Shown one piece after another: positions 8,765 through 20,358 of a stretch of DNA of 64,000 bases (positions within the stretch are counted from its first letter, which is position 1; every line of letters starts with the position of its first letter). Where the stretch lies: assembly GCA_030693335.1 (NCBI GenBank), contig JAUYAU010000001.1, positions 13,796 through 77,795 on the forward strand. The letters run 5' to 3'. A model generated the notes under the pieces. The model did no database searches, was not told where the DNA came from, and saw only the letters and a list, made by a program, of their open reading frames with translations. Source of the DNA: Sulfuricurvum sp. Lineage in GTDB: Bacteria > Campylobacterota > Campylobacteria > Campylobacterales > Sulfurimonadaceae. Both the position numbers and the translations under genes were made by a program.

Positions 8765-11700
8765 TTATTGGATTAGATAATCTTGCAATGCTTGGGGTTT
8801 CATCCACGTATCGTCGTGCATTTGTGCCATAGCTTCAATTGCAGCACGTGCAGCGCTCAAGGTTGTGAAATAAGGGATTCCCATGCGCAATACAATTTGG
8901 CGTATTTGTTCTGCATCTTTTTTAGCCGTTTGGTTATCTGACGTATTGATGGCCAAAGAAATATCACTGTTTTTCATGATATCTTCGATGTTTGGGCGAC
9001 CTTCAGAAATTTTGAGAACTTTTTCGCATGCAATACCGGCTTCAGCAATAATTTTTTGCGTACCGCCTGTCGCAACAAGGGTAAATCCTTGATTTGTCAA
9101 CCCGCGTGCAATTTCAACCGCATGTTTTTTATCGGCATCAATAAAAGAAAGAAAACACGTACCTGAAGTCGGTATTTTATTTCCTGCAGCCAATTGGCTT
9201 TTTGCGAAACTTACACCAAAATTTTGGCTGATACCCATGACTTCACCTGTCGATTTCATCTCAGGTGAGAGGACCAAATCGGCACCGTAAAGTTTGTTAA
9301 ACGGAAATACCGCTTCTTTGATGGCTACGTGCCCTTTTAGACGAGGCTTGAGCAAATCGTCCTCTTCCATCACAACATCGTAGTTATCATAGTATTTAAG
9401 GGCATTGCGTAAGGTGTCACCCAGCATGACACGGGTCGCAATTTTAGCCAATGGCATACCCGTAGCCTTGGAGACAAACGGCACGGTACGTGAGGCTCTT
9501 GGGTTGACTTCGATGATGTAAATTTCATTTTTGTAAATTGCATATTGAATGTTCAGCAATCCGATGACACCCAGTCCCAATGCAATAACTTTTGTTTGCT
9601 GTTCTACTTGGTATTTGAGTTCATCGCTTAGTCCTACAGGAGGGAGTGAACAGGCACTGTCGCCCGAATGAATCCCAGCTTCTTCGATGTGCTGCATAAC
9701 AGAACCGATATAAACTTCGCTGCCGTCACTGATGGCATCGACATCGAGTTCTACTGCTTGATCGAGAAATTTATCAACAAGGACAGGTGAATCGTTGCTC
9801 ACCGATACGGCTACATCCATGTAGGTACGCAGATCATCTTCATTGTAAACGATACGCATAGCGCGCCCGCCCAAAACATAGGATGGACGTACCAGTACGG
9901 GATAGCCCAATTCTTCAGCAACAATAAATGCCTGTTCTTTAGTCATCGCAATACCGTTTTCTGGTTGCTTAAGACCTTGTTCAACGACAAATGCAGAGAA
10001 TTTTTCACGATTTTCCGCCAAGTCAATAACCGCAGCAGACGTTCCGGCAATAATAGCCCCCATTTCTTCCAAAGCATTGGCCAATTTCAACGGTGTTTGA
10101 CCTCCGAAATGGACAATTATGCCATTTGGCTGTTCCGATTCGACTACTGCACGGACGTGCTCAAAATCAATCGGTTCAAAATAGAGTACATCAGAAGTAT
10201 CATAGTCGGTAGAAACGGTTTCAGGATTACAGTTGTACATGATCGTTTCAATACCCATCTCTTTTAGAGCAAAGGCGGCATGGACACAGCAATAGTCAAA
10301 TTCAATCCCCTGACCGATACGGTTTGGTCCGCCACCTAGTATAAGAACTTTTTTCTTATCGCTTTTGCGCGGGGCTTGAAGACCAAGAGCAGAGATATTG
10401 GTCGTTGAATACAAATACGGGGTAAGTGCTCCAAACTCTGCAGCACAAGTGTCTACTTCATTGTATTCAAAAGCTATTTTGAGTGATTTTCTAGCATTGT
10501 ATACGTCATTTTCTTTTGCACTTCCGCCATTTTGAGTGATAAGGCGTGCAATGTTTTTATCTGAGAATCCTTCGGTTTTAAGACGTCGCAGTTGGACTTC
10601 ATCTTTGAGTGTTGCAGCGGTAATATGGGATTCTTGAGCTACCAATTCTTCCAATTGGGTCAGGAACCACGGATCAATTTTGGAAAGTTCAAAAATTTCG
10701 CCAAGACTTAGACCCATGCGGAACCCTTGGGCAACGTAGAGAATGCGCTCCGCATTGGGACGGCGGATTTCATGTTTGACAAACTCTAAATCACCTGCAA
10801 TCGGATCAAATCCGCTAAGACCTGTTTCGAGAGAGCAGAGTGCTTTTTGGACTGATTCTTTGAAAGTACGGCCAATCGCCATGACTTCTCCAACCGATTT
10901 CATGCTCGTAGTGAGGGTTGATTCGGCTTCCGGAAATTTTTCAAAGGTAAAGCGAGGAATTTTGGTGACGATATAGTCAATGACCGGTTCAAAGCTCGCC
11001 GGTGTTCCGGTAATGTCATTGGTCAGTTCATCAAGGGTAAATCCAACTGCAAGCAAGGTGGCAATTTTTGCAATAGGATAACCCGTTGCTTTTGAAGCCA
11101 ATGCAGATGAACGTGAAACACGAGGATTCATTTCGATAACAATCATACGTCCTGTTTTCGGGTCAACTGAAAATTGAACGTTTGATCCTCCTGTATCAAC
11201 GCCAACTTCACGTAAAATAGCAAAAGAAGCATCACGCATACGCTGATATTCTTTGTCTGTAAGTGTTAGTGCAGGAGCTACGGTGATAGAATCACCTGTG
11301 TGAACACCCATCGGGTCAAAGTTTTCAATGGAACAAATAATGATACAGTTATCGTTACGGTCACGTATGACTTCCATCTCATATTCTTTCCATCCAAGGA
11401 GTGATTCCTCAATCAAAATCTCAGTAACCGGGCTTTCGTCCAAGCCCCTTTGCGCCAAGAGTTTGAACTCATCGATGTTGTAAGCAACGCCGCTTCCACC
11501 ACCTGCAAGAGTGTAAGAGGCTCGAATAATGAGAGGGAACCCTATGTTATTAGCGGCATTAAGTGCTTCGTCCATATTGTAAGCATATTGAGAGATTGGA
11601 AGGTCCATGCCGATTTTGATCATGCACTCTTTAAAGGCTTGGCGGTCTTCCCCTTTTTTAATGGCGGCAGGACTGGCGCCCAAAAATTCAACACCCTCCA

Positions 11701-12022
11701 GCATTCCGGCGTCATGCATCAGCATTGCCGCGTTTAAAGCTGTTTGCCCTCCCATGGTTGGAAGGACGGCATCGACATTTTCTTGTTTGATAATTTGAGC
11801 AATAATTTCAGGTTTAATAGGTTCGATATAAGTGCGATCTGCAAATTCAGGATCGGTCATAATGGTTGCTGGATTCGAGTTGATCAAAACAACGCGGTAG
11901 CCTAACTCTTTAAGCGTTTTAACCGCTTGTGTTCCAGAGTAGTCAAACTCACACGCCTGACCGATGACAATCGGGCCTGATCCGATAAGGAGTATGGTTT
12001 TGATGTCGTCGCGTTTTGGCAT
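8765..12022 (-). CDS. carB: Carbamoyl-phosphate synthase large subunit
   Basis: [33 protein letters not shown]; duplicated ATP-grasp domains; C-terminal MGS domain. Confidence 0.99.
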   Translation of the reverse strand: MPKRDDIKTILLIGSGPIVIGQACEFDYSGTQAVKTLKELGYRVVLINSNPATIMTDPEFADRTYIEPIKPEIIAQIIKQENVDAVLPTMGGQTALNAAMLMHDAGMLEGVEFLGASPAAIKKGEDRQAFKECMIKIGMDLPISQYAYNMDEALNAANNIGFPLIIRASYTLAGGGSGVAYNIDEFKLLAQRGLDESPVTEILIEESLLGWKEYEMEVIRDRNDNCIIICSIENFDPMGVHTGDSITVAPALTLTDKEYQRMRDASFAILREVGVDTGGSNVQFSVDPKTGRMIVIEMNPRVSRSSALASKATGYPIAKIATLLAVGFTLDELTNDITGTPASFEPVIDYIVTKIPRFTFEKFPEAESTLTTSMKSVGEVMAIGRTFKESVQKALCSLETGLSGFDPIAGDLEFVKHEIRRPNAERILYVAQGFRMGLSLGEIFELSKIDPWFLTQLEELVAQESHITAATLKDEVQLRRLKTEGFSDKNIARLITQNGGSAKENDVYNARKSLKIAFEYNEVDTCAAEFGALTPYLYSTTNISALGLQAPRKSDKKKVLILGGGPNRIGQGIEFDYCCVHAAFALKEMGIETIMYNCNPETVSTDYDTSDVLYFEPIDFEHVRAVVESEQPNGIIVHFGGQTPLKLANALEEMGAIIAGTSAAVIDLAENREKFSAFVVEQGLKQPENGIAMTKEQAFIVAEELGYPVLVRPSYVLGGRAMRIVYNEDDLRTYMDVAVSVSNDSPVLVDKFLDQAVELDVDAISDGSEVYIGSVMQHIEEAGIHSGDSACSLPPVGLSDELKYQVEQQTKVIALGLGVIGLLNIQYAIYKNEIYIIEVNPRASRTVPFVSKATGMPLAKIATRVMLGDTLRNALKYYDNYDVVMEEDDLLKPRLKGHVAIKEAVFPFNKLYGADLVLSPEMKSTGEVMGISQNFGVSFAKSQLAAGNKIPTSGTCFLSFIDADKKHAVEIARGLTNQGFTLVATGGTQKIIAEAGIACEKVLKISEGRPNIEDIMKNSDISLAINTSDNQTAKKDAEQIRQIVLRMGIPYFTTLSAARAAIEAMAQMHDDTWMKPQALQDYLIQ

Positions 12023-12081
12023 TAATGTCCCTCATAATCAATAAATTTGCTAATTATAGGGCGAAAGCACTTAAAATCGGA

Positions 12082-12849
12082 TTATCTGACCTTGGTGATT
12101 ATGTGAAAATAAGCGGGTTTTTTTGCGTAAAAATAGGGCTCTACTACGGCGCTTTGGTAACCGCTTGCTCGTGAGATAGAAATGACTTTTCCAACTTGCA
12201 AGCCTGAAAGAAATATTTGGTCTAATCCAGAGGTTATGACTTCATCTCCGATAGCAATAGGGACCCATGTGGGGATAAAATCGACGATCAACTTACGTTC
12301 ATTATTTCCTCGGACAATACCCGGTGCCTGTGAGCTTCCTACTGAAACAGCATAGGTACTTTTAAGATCTCCGTTGAGCAGTGCCATAGGGCGTTTGTTG
12401 TTAGCAACCACAATGCCTGCCGCGTATCCGCGATACAAAAGGCCGTAAACCTGTTTGGGATCAAAATGATCCATTTCTATCCACAGTTTATGAGGATCCC
12501 CCATCCGAACGTAGGATATGCTTCGCACAAGTCCAATCGAAGGCAGGGTTTTAATCGAACTGTTTTGTTCACGCAGCATATTGCTGTACTCATCTGCTAT
12601 TTGGTGCATGGTTAAGAGCTCACGCTCATAATAGCGATTTTCACGCTGCAGTCGAAGGATGGTGTTCTTTTGATTGAAATGTTCTGTAACCGTTTGGTTA
12701 AAACTATGAACTTGATTCAGATAGATGAGTTTGATGGAGTGTGATAATTTTAAAAAAGGGGATTGAAGAAACGGGCTGAAATAAAGAGCTCCGCTCACGC
12801 ATCCTACAAAGAAAAGTGTGAGCGAGATATGCTGTTTATTCATTATCAA
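12082..12849 (-). CDS. mreC: Rod shape-determining protein MreC
   Basis: N-terminal TM, coiled coil, GDEVITSGLDQIF motif; directly after mreB. Confidence 0.9.
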   Translation of the reverse strand: MIMNKQHISLTLFFVGCVSGALYFSPFLQSPFLKLSHSIKLIYLNQVHSFNQTVTEHFNQKNTILRLQRENRYYERELLTMHQIADEYSNMLREQNSSIKTLPSIGLVRSISYVRMGDPHKLWIEMDHFDPKQVYGLLYRGYAAGIVVANNKRPMALLNGDLKSTYAVSVGSSQAPGIVRGNNERKLIVDFIPTWVPIAIGDEVITSGLDQIFLSGLQVGKVISISRASGYQSAVVEPYFYAKKPAYFHIITKVR

Positions 12850-13873
12850 AAAGTTCGTGAAGCTGATCGATTTCTTCTAAGGCACGTCCGGTTCCGCGGG
12901 CAACACATAAAAGTGGCTCATCGGCTACGTATACAGGGATTTTAATGGTTTCTGAGAGGAACTTATCGAGCTGACGGATTAAGGCTCCGCCACCGGTTAA
13001 GATAACACCGTTGTTGACAATATCGCCTGCAAGGTCAGGCGGCATGTTTTCCAATACGTCACGAACCGCTTCTAAAATTTCTTTGAGAGGATCGCGCATC
13101 GCTTCACGCGCATCTTCGCTGCTGAGTTCCAGTGAGGTTAACAAACCCTCAACCTGATCGCGGCCATTGACAATCATTTTGAGTTCTTGGGCTAAGGGCA
13201 TTGCAGTACCGATGTTGATTTTGATGTCTTCAGCAATACGTTCACCAATGAGAAGATTGTATTTGCGTTTAACGTAATCCATGATCGCACGGTCAATTTT
13301 ATCCCCTGCTACACGGATTGAGCGGCACAGTACCAAGCCGCCCAAGGAGATAACACCGATTTCAGTAGTTCCACCTCCGATATCAACAATGATATTTCCT
13401 TTTGGCTCGCGTATATCGATCCCTGCACCGATAGCTGCGGCCATCGGCTCATCAATGAGATAGACTTCACGTGCTCCGGCACTCATAGCAGACTCACGTA
13501 CGGCTTTACGTTCAACTTGAGTCAAACCGTAAGGGATACAGATAATGATGCGAGGACTGATAAGGCTGCTGCGTCCGTGTGCTTTTTCGATAAATTTACG
13601 GATCATTTTTTCAGTCATATCAAAGTCGGCGATAACTCCGTCTTTCATCGGACGAATGGCTTTGATATTACCAGGTGTTTTACCCACCATCTCTTTGGCT
13701 TCACGGCCTACTGCCAGCACTCTTTGATGGCCGTTTTTTTCGGTTTTAACAGCAACAACCGAAGGCTCATTGATAACAATCCCTTTTCCTTTTACAATGA
13801 CGAGGGTATTTGCGGTCCCCAAATCGATGGAGAGATCATTGGAAAACATACCGATAAATTTATTAAATAACAT
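12836..13873 (-). CDS. mreB: Rod shape-determining protein MreB
   Basis: IDLGTANT, PMKDGVIADF and VDIGGGTTE actin-like motifs. Confidence 0.98.
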   Translation of the reverse strand: MLFNKFIGMFSNDLSIDLGTANTLVIVKGKGIVINEPSVVAVKTEKNGHQRVLAVGREAKEMVGKTPGNIKAIRPMKDGVIADFDMTEKMIRKFIEKAHGRSSLISPRIIICIPYGLTQVERKAVRESAMSAGAREVYLIDEPMAAAIGAGIDIREPKGNIIVDIGGGTTEIGVISLGGLVLCRSIRVAGDKIDRAIMDYVKRKYNLLIGERIAEDIKINIGTAMPLAQELKMIVNGRDQVEGLLTSLELSSEDAREAMRDPLKEILEAVRDVLENMPPDLAGDIVNNGVILTGGGALIRQLDKFLSETIKIPVYVADEPLLCVARGTGRALEEIDQLHELFDNE

Positions 13874-13882
13874 TATTGTGTC

Positions 13883-15115
13883 CTATGCGCTTTTTTTAGT
13901 AGTTTTTTTGATATACACGGGTTTAGTCCCCTCTTCGACCACTTCTTTGGTGATGAGAACTTCGTATCCAGGGTATTCCGGAAGTTCATACATAATATCA
14001 CCCATGATTTCTTCAAGAATGGCACGTAATCCGCGTGCGCCTGTTTTGCGTGCTAGGGCTTTTGCTCCGATAGCAATGAGCGCTTCTTTTTCAAAAGAGA
14101 GTTCAACGCCATCTATTGCAAAGAGTTTGGTATATTGTTTTATCAACGAGTTTTTAGGTTCTGTAAGGATTCGAACCATCTCTTCTTCGCTGATTTTGTT
14201 TAGGGAAGCAATAATTGGAAGACGTCCGATAAGCTCCGGAATAAGTCCATAGCTGACCAAATCATCGGGTTCAACGTTTTCAAAACTGTCATCAATTAGA
14301 GTTGTAGAGCGTTTATCATGGCCAAATCCCATGATGTTGTTTCCCCGTTTACGTTCTAATATTTGACCAAGACCATCAAAAGCTCCTCCGCAGATAAAGA
14401 GAATTCCTGAGGTATCCATTTGGATAAAATCTTGGTTAGGGTGCTTACGTCCCCCCTTGGGAGGAATATTGACGATTGCCCCTTCGATGATTTTAAGAAG
14501 TGCCTGCTGCACCCCTTCACCTGAAACATCGCGGGTAATGGAACGGTTCTCACTCATACGTGAAATCTTATCAATTTCATCAATGAAGACGATTCCCTGC
14601 TGCGCACGTTCAATATCGCCATCGGCTGCTTGTAAAAGCTTTGTGAGGATATTTTCAACATCCTCCCCTACATAGCCGGCTTCGGTGAGGCTAGTGGCAT
14701 CTGCAATAGCAATGGGAACATTAAGGACACGTGCAATGGTTTGCGCCATAAGTGTTTTACCGCTACCTGTTGGTCCAATGAGTAGAACATTGGATTTTGC
14801 AATCTCGGTTTCATCATCAACTAAATGACGTTTAAAAATACGTTTGTAATGGTTGTATACGGCTACCGATAAAAGTTTTCGTGCACGTTCTTGCCCAATG
14901 ATGTATTGTCCTAAAAAGAGATTTAACTCTTTTGGCGTGAGAAGTTCTGCTGTTGTGGTTTCTGACGTTGCAGAGCCTGTGTTCTCACTGTCTCCGAACA
15001 TTATTTTATATGCAGAAAAAACACAATTTTTACAAATATAAACTGCTGTTCCTGCAATCAGCGGATTGTGTTCGCTCTCTTCGGCTTCACAAAAGCTGCA
15101 ATGGCGGTGAATCAT
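13883..15115 (-). CDS. clpX: ATP-dependent Clp protease ATP-binding subunit
   Basis: CSFC...CKNC zinc finger, [33 protein letters not shown]. Confidence 0.98.
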   Translation of the reverse strand: MIHRHCSFCEAEESEHNPLIAGTAVYICKNCVFSAYKIMFGDSENTGSATSETTTAELLTPKELNLFLGQYIIGQERARKLLSVAVYNHYKRIFKRHLVDDETEIAKSNVLLIGPTGSGKTLMAQTIARVLNVPIAIADATSLTEAGYVGEDVENILTKLLQAADGDIERAQQGIVFIDEIDKISRMSENRSITRDVSGEGVQQALLKIIEGAIVNIPPKGGRKHPNQDFIQMDTSGILFICGGAFDGLGQILERKRGNNIMGFGHDKRSTTLIDDSFENVEPDDLVSYGLIPELIGRLPIIASLNKISEEEMVRILTEPKNSLIKQYTKLFAIDGVELSFEKEALIAIGAKALARKTGARGLRAILEEIMGDIMYELPEYPGYEVLITKEVVEEGTKPVYIKKTTKKSA

Positions 15116-15897
15116 CCTTGAGTCCTTTCATAGGGAATGCCCCGTTTGGTATTGATAATAAATGTACACATATTTTTAACATAGTCACTTGCCGTATTCT
15201 CTAATAGTAAAGCAGCAACTTCTTGCAATGGTTTGCCCGATTCAAACAAATCACGGTAAGCACTGCGCAGAGCATCAATGTCTTCGCGCGCTACATGACG
15301 ACGCAAGCCATTGAGATTGAGACCTCTTAAAACTGCACGGTTGCCTTCTACAAGACAGTATGGAGGTACATCTTGAGAGAGGGCAGAAGCACCGGCTACC
15401 ATGGCATAATCACCGATTTTAACAAACTGATGGACCGGTGTCATACCGCCGATTACAGCATGGTTACCCATCTCTACGTGTCCGGCTAAGGTTGCTGCAT
15501 TGGCTAATATACAGTGATCACCGATAATAACATCATGCCCCAAGTGGACGTACCCCATGAACAAATTGTGAGATCCAACAACTGTTTTTCCACCGCCGCC
15601 GGCAGTTCCCGGATTAAAGAGGGTGAATTCACGTATGGTGTTGTGATCACCAATGATTAATTCCACTTCTTCACCTGCGTATTTGAGGTCTTGGGGAATG
15701 GATCCTAAAACAGCATGGGAAAAAATAGTATTGTGTTCACCGATTGTTGTGTTCCCGTAGATGCAAGCACCTTGCGCAATTTTAGTCCCTTTGCCTATTT
15801 TAGACTTACTTGAGATAAAACAAAAAGCACCGATTTCAACATCATCTGCAATGATGGCACCTTCTTCAATGATAGCGTGAGAAGAAATTAAACTCAT
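15112..15897 (-). CDS. lpxA: UDP-N-acetylglucosamine O-acyltransferase
   Basis: Hexapeptide repeats; PQDLKY, HLGHD and ATLAGHV motifs. Confidence 0.97.
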   Translation of the reverse strand: MSLISSHAIIEEGAIIADDVEIGAFCFISSKSKIGKGTKIAQGACIYGNTTIGEHNTIFSHAVLGSIPQDLKYAGEEVELIIGDHNTIREFTLFNPGTAGGGGKTVVGSHNLFMGYVHLGHDVIIGDHCILANAATLAGHVEMGNHAVIGGMTPVHQFVKIGDYAMVAGASALSQDVPPYCLVEGNRAVLRGLNLNGLRRHVAREDIDALRSAYRDLFESGKPLQEVAALLLENTASDYVKNMCTFIINTKRGIPYERTQG

Positions 15898-15903
15898 TAC
15901 GAT

Positions 15904-16359
15904 CTACTTATCAACGATCATGGCTTTGAGTTCGGCTTGAGCTACAAGGGCATCGTCTACGTATGCTTTGCCTTCCAATACCCAAATAGACCCTTTGTGC
16001 TTGACAACGGTCATACGGTACTCAAGACGATCTCCCGGACGGACAGGGGCGCGAAATTTTGCACCGTCAATGCTCATAAAATAAACAACTTTTTTCGCGG
16101 CCTCTTCCTCGGTCATGTCCATGCTTTGAAATGCCAAGATTCCGCCTGCTTGGGCCATCCCTTCCAATATCATAACACCTGGGTAAATAGGGTGACCTGG
16201 GAAATGTCCCTCGAATATTTGTTCACCGATAGTGACGTTTTTGAATCCGATAAGAGATTCATTGGGGGTAATCTCTGTTACTCTGTCAACAAGAAGAAAT
16301 GGAAAACGGTGTGGTAAAATTTTTTGTATTTGAATAACATCCATCATATGCAAGAACAC
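15904..16359 (-). CDS. fabZ: 3-hydroxyacyl-ACP dehydratase
   Basis: [11 protein letters not shown] and [22 protein letters not shown]; the start may be a few codons downstream. Confidence 0.97.
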   Translation of the reverse strand: MFLHMMDVIQIQKILPHRFPFLLVDRVTEITPNESLIGFKNVTIGEQIFEGHFPGHPIYPGVMILEGMAQAGGILAFQSMDMTEEEAAKKVVYFMSIDGAKFRAPVRPGDRLEYRMTVVKHKGSIWVLEGKAYVDDALVAQAELKAMIVDK

Positions 16360-16398
16360 CTTGGTAAAATTAAGTCGTTTATTTTAGCGTAAAAACGG

Positions 16399-17481
16399 TT
16401 AATTGATAATTATAAGTTGTTCTCTCGTATCTTCGTAGGTTTTTGTTTCTAAGGTCAGAGTGGTTTTGGAAGTTGGAATTTCATCGAGGACGACGATGGC
16501 AGAAGTATTAAAAGCACTTTGTGTTAATTGCGCACGCAATGCAATTTCGGTTTCAATCGCGGGCGCACTGAACATCAGTTCTTGAGTGTTTTTATAACTA
16601 GATGAGGTGAGAGCATTGAAGCTTTCGAGGGTGATAAAACGGACCTCTTCACGATTGAGAAAATGTTGACCATTTAATTCAAAGTCGATTTTCCCTTCCG
16701 TACGTGTACGGTTGATCGTTGAGTAGATGAGTGGATAGGAAGGGATGATGTTTCCTTCAGTTTTTACCGATGCACGCATCAGTCGATAGTTTAAAAAACG
16801 CTCACGTATGATTTTGTACGGAATATTTGCATCTTCGAGATCCATACGTTTGGAGTAGAGTTTAAGCCGTTCTTCGATGGAAGCGGGAAGGATTTGTTTG
16901 GATAGGGGAGAAAACATCTCATCCATCAATTTATGTTGTTGATCACGCTGCATGGAAAGTCCAAAAATACATCCGCAATAGTCTTGTCGATAGAGCTGTT
17001 CAGTTTTACTGACTCGTGATTGGTCGTTCGTGCCACCGTTTTTACGATAATCAAAGGCAATGAATTCAACGCCGTGAGAGGCATGAAAGGCATCGCCGGA
17101 TTTTTTAAGCTGGTCTTGCGATTTTTGAGGGCTGACGAGAAGGGTAGTGGTCATCGAGGTTTCGCCAAGTTCCAGAGCTTTATGGGCGCTTATTTCAAAA
17201 CGGCGATCAAAGCAGACTTCACAACGGGCACCTTTTTCCGGCTCTTTTTCTAGCCCTCGGACGGCATCCATCCAGTTTTCATAATCATAGGGTCCTTCGA
17301 TGAGGTCAATACCCAGTTTTTTACAGCTTCGCTCAACGTCTAAAAGGCGTAAACGGTATTCGCTGTAAGGGTGGATATTGGGATCATAGAAAAACCCTGT
17401 GAGCTTTTCATCGGGGTATTCTTGCTGCAATTTCTCCATAAAAAAATGGGAATCAACGCTGCAGCAGATGTGGACAAGCAT
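16399..17481 (-). CDS. queH: Epoxyqueuosine reductase QueH (DUF208) with C-terminal extension
   Basis: LVHICCSVDS, FYDPNIHPYSEY, RCEVCF and YRQDYCGC motifs. Confidence 0.85.
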   Translation of the reverse strand: MLVHICCSVDSHFFMEKLQQEYPDEKLTGFFYDPNIHPYSEYRLRLLDVERSCKKLGIDLIEGPYDYENWMDAVRGLEKEPEKGARCEVCFDRRFEISAHKALELGETSMTTTLLVSPQKSQDQLKKSGDAFHASHGVEFIAFDYRKNGGTNDQSRVSKTEQLYRQDYCGCIFGLSMQRDQQHKLMDEMFSPLSKQILPASIEERLKLYSKRMDLEDANIPYKIIRERFLNYRLMRASVKTEGNIIPSYPLIYSTINRTRTEGKIDFELNGQHFLNREEVRFITLESFNALTSSSYKNTQELMFSAPAIETEIALRAQLTQSAFNTSAIVVLDEIPTSKTTLTLETKTYEDTREQLIIIN

Positions 17482-17483
17482 AA

Positions 17484-17990
17484 TTAGTCGCGTGCAGCCA
17501 AGATTTCTACTTTCTCAATAACATCGCGCATTTGGATGCTATCAAGGACTGACATAGACTCTTTATCGTCTGCTTCGATACCGCCGAAAACGGTGTGAAC
17601 GCCATCAAGGTGTGGAGTGCTGGCAAAACAGATGAAAAACTGGCTTCCACCCGTGTTTGGTCCTGCGTGTGCCATTGACAATGTTCCTTTAACGTGAGGG
17701 TGCTTGTTAAGTGATGTTTCGCAAGGAATAGCCCATCCCGGTCCGCCTGTACCTGTACCTGTAGGACAACCGCCTTGAGCCATGAACCCTGGAATTACAC
17801 GGTGAAAATTAAGACCATTATAATAGCCATCATTCACAAGCGCTGCAAAGTTAGCAACCGTATTAGGTGTTTCGTCATTATAAAGTTTAATCCACATAAC
17901 CCCTTTTTCAGTGGTCATTTTTGCCCATTGATAGCTTGCCAACTCTTCGGAAGTCGGTGTATACGTTTTAAGTTCTTTGCGTCCGAACAT
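17484..17990 (-). CDS. Cyclophilin-type peptidyl-prolyl cis-trans isomerase
   Basis: FHRVIPGFMAQGG, SMAHAGPNTGGSQFFI, HLDGVHTVFG. Confidence 0.95.
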   Translation of the reverse strand: MFGRKELKTYTPTSEELASYQWAKMTTEKGVMWIKLYNDETPNTVANFAALVNDGYYNGLNFHRVIPGFMAQGGCPTGTGTGGPGWAIPCETSLNKHPHVKGTLSMAHAGPNTGGSQFFICFASTPHLDGVHTVFGGIEADDKESMSVLDSIQMRDVIEKVEILAARD

Positions 17991-18079
17991 AACTTGTCCT
18001 TATTGGAGTATTTTTGAAATTATAGTCGATTTTTCTTAACCAATCGGTGTGTCTCATCAACGAGTTTAAAAATATAATT

Positions 18080-19801
18080 TTATCTGTTCAGTAACAGTAA
18101 AATAATGCCCAACAATATAAAAGAGATACCTTTCCAAATAACGACTGGATGACGTTCGATTAATGGTGGTCTAGTCCTGTTTACAAAGGCACTGTTGGGG
18201 TGGCGAAGATCATAAATGAATTCTGACAATTCACCATAGCGCTCATACGGATCGGGTTGCAAAGCTTTTTTAAGCGCTTCATCTATCCACACCGGTATCT
18301 TGCTATCTTCAGACTCTAAAGAGGCATATTTTAATTTTTTTTGTGCAGCCTTTGTTGTGCACCGTGCTACTTGTACTCCATATGGAAACTCTCCAGATAA
18401 CATTTGGTAAACAATCACACCTAAAGAAAAAAGGTCGGATCGGGATGTGCCTATTTTTCCAAGGAAATATTCCGGTGCAGAGTAAAGAGCCGTTCCTAAA
18501 AGATTCTCTTGATCAAGATAGGTGTTCACATCAACAATTCCTTCAACACGTGTTGAGCCAAAATCGATTATTTTTACCGTCCCGGAATTGTCAATAATAA
18601 TATTATCCGGCCTGAGATCTTGATGTATCATCTCTTGGCGGTGAAAAGCGAGTAAGCCTCTGGCTATTTGTTCTGCGATTTTCCGTACCGTTTCTATGTT
18701 TGGTTTTGGGTTGTCTATCATCCATTGCTTTAGTGTCTGACCCTCAATAAATTCTGTTACAGTATAAAAATAATTGCGTTTACGCGTTTGAAGATAAGAT
18801 TTCGCCACGTGGGGACTGTTTATACGTATTGCTATCCACTCTTCCATCAAAAAGCGTTCAAGATAGGCTTTATCATCTCTTAAATCGATAGAAGGTGTTT
18901 TTAATACCACAGATGTGCCGGTTTCATCATCTCGAGCAAGGTAAACATGGCTTCGACTGCTGGAACTGAGTATACGTATAATGGTATATCCATCAAAAGA
19001 ACTTCTAGATTCAAGGATGGGAGGGAAGGGTTTATGCGTCAATTGTTTATGGATTTCATCGATATTCTTATGGGGCAGAGCGTCTATGCGTACAATTTGA
19101 ATAGTTAAGTTATCGGTACTGCCCTCATCGTAAGCTTTGTCTGCAATGGTTTTTGCCATGGATTCAAATAAATGATTTTTCTCTTGTAACGTTTCGATAA
19201 TAAAGTCAGTACTCACAAACTCGTAAACACCATCCGTCATGAATAGGAAGGTATCGTTTTTTTCTACCGAAAAGCTTTCGTAATCCGTTGCTACTTGAGT
19301 GTCCATGCCCAGAGCTCGGCTGAGGTAACTTTTGTCCCTTGAAATCCAAAGTCGATGGTCTTCAGTCAATTGTTCAAGTCGGTTGTCACGTAATCGATAG
19401 ATACGGGTATCACCTGCATGAAATATATGGGCTGTTGAGGAACGAATGATCATGCCGCTAAAGGTACAGACATAGCCTCTGTCTTTGTCATAATGATATT
19501 GGCCTTGCTTGCTTTGGCTGTATAGCCAAGAATTGGTAGCACTTAAGACACGCTCTGCTGATTTCTTGACAGACCAGGATTCCGGGGTCGAAAAGTAATC
19601 AATTAAAAAAGAGGTAACGGATACCTTGCTGGCAATTTGGCTGACATCACTGCTGCTGATGCCGTCTGCAAGGGCAATAGCAATTCCTTTATTGGTCAGC
19701 TGCGGCTCTTTGGGAATACAGATATCGTGAAAGTCTTGATTGATCTCTTTACGGCCTGAAGTGGAGTATTGGGCTATGGATACTTTTAATTGATTTCGCA
19801 T
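18080..19801 (-). CDS. Bifunctional PP2C-type phosphatase / Hanks-type Ser/Thr kinase with C-terminal TM helix
   Basis: PP2C motifs ALADG, HAGDTR, MTDG, TDN; kinase motifs VVLK, HQDLRPDN, DFG, APE; hydrophobic C-terminus. The start could be 19801 or 19837. Confidence 0.9.
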   Translation of the reverse strand: MRNQLKVSIAQYSTSGRKEINQDFHDICIPKEPQLTNKGIAIALADGISSSDVSQIASKVSVTSFLIDYFSTPESWSVKKSAERVLSATNSWLYSQSKQGQYHYDKDRGYVCTFSGMIIRSSTAHIFHAGDTRIYRLRDNRLEQLTEDHRLWISRDKSYLSRALGMDTQVATDYESFSVEKNDTFLFMTDGVYEFVSTDFIIETLQEKNHLFESMAKTIADKAYDEGSTDNLTIQIVRIDALPHKNIDEIHKQLTHKPFPPILESRSSFDGYTIIRILSSSSRSHVYLARDDETGTSVVLKTPSIDLRDDKAYLERFLMEEWIAIRINSPHVAKSYLQTRKRNYFYTVTEFIEGQTLKQWMIDNPKPNIETVRKIAEQIARGLLAFHRQEMIHQDLRPDNIIIDNSGTVKIIDFGSTRVEGIVDVNTYLDQENLLGTALYSAPEYFLGKIGTSRSDLFSLGVIVYQMLSGEFPYGVQVARCTTKAAQKKLKYASLESEDSKIPVWIDEALKKALQPDPYERYGELSEFIYDLRHPNSAFVNRTRPPLIERHPVVIWKGISFILLGIILLLLNR

Positions 19802-19827
19802 AGTGTTTTGGCAGCCTTGTAGAGATC

Positions 19828-19853
19828 GCCTCAACAATAGATGTTGAGGTTTT
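19828..19853. terminator. Hairpin between cynS and the kinase/phosphatase gene
   Basis: CCTCAACA-ATAGA-TGTTGAGG, 8-bp perfect stem; the T-run lies on the + strand side. Confidence 0.4.
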
Positions 19854-19898
19854 GGTTATCGTTATGAAGTTTACGTTCGATTGGGTTTCTTTTGCGTA

Positions 19899-20339
19899 TT
19901 ACCATGATTTATAAGGTAAAAATTTACCATTCATGGTGATGACGACTCTGTCTCCCAAAGGATTTTCTTCTTTGGCTATGTCCATTGAGAAATCAATGGC
20001 ACTCATGATTCCATCACCGAATTTCTCACCGATAATCTCTTTTATGGTCTCGCCATAAACGCCTATTGCTTCGTAAAAACGGTAGATTAATGGATCGGTT
20101 GGTATGATTTTATCCCAGTTTTTCATAGGATATTCTTGTAAAACCTGAGCAACCTCGGCAGATAATCCAAGAAGATCACACAGTTTTTCTGCCGGCTCTT
20201 TTTTAAGACTGTTCATCCCAAGACAAGCTGAGGTTAGAAAGACTGTCCCAAGTGAGACTTTTTTTGCAATTTCTTCCCAGCTTAAACCGGCACTCTTTTT
20301 AGCGGCTAAAATCTCTTCTGTCATCTCTATTTTTTTCAT
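19899..20339 (-). CDS. cynS: Cyanate hydratase (cyanase)
   Basis: PTDPLIYRFYE, EKFGDGIMSAIDF and GKFLPYKSW cyanase signatures; start at 20339 with AGGA RBS. Confidence 0.97.
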   Translation of the reverse strand: MKKIEMTEEILAAKKSAGLSWEEIAKKVSLGTVFLTSACLGMNSLKKEPAEKLCDLLGLSAEVAQVLQEYPMKNWDKIIPTDPLIYRFYEAIGVYGETIKEIIGEKFGDGIMSAIDFSMDIAKEENPLGDRVVITMNGKFLPYKSW

Positions 20340-20358
20340 AATAACATTCCTTCTATGA

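Noticed and set aside
8765-12022. carB without an adjacent carA
   Set aside because: carA and carB are normally unlinked in Campylobacterota.
18041-18068. Sigma-28-like TAAA-N16-ACCGATTG upstream of the cyclophilin gene (minus strand)
   Set aside because: Spacer of 16 and two mismatches in the -10 box; the gene is not motility-related; likely chance in AT-rich DNA.
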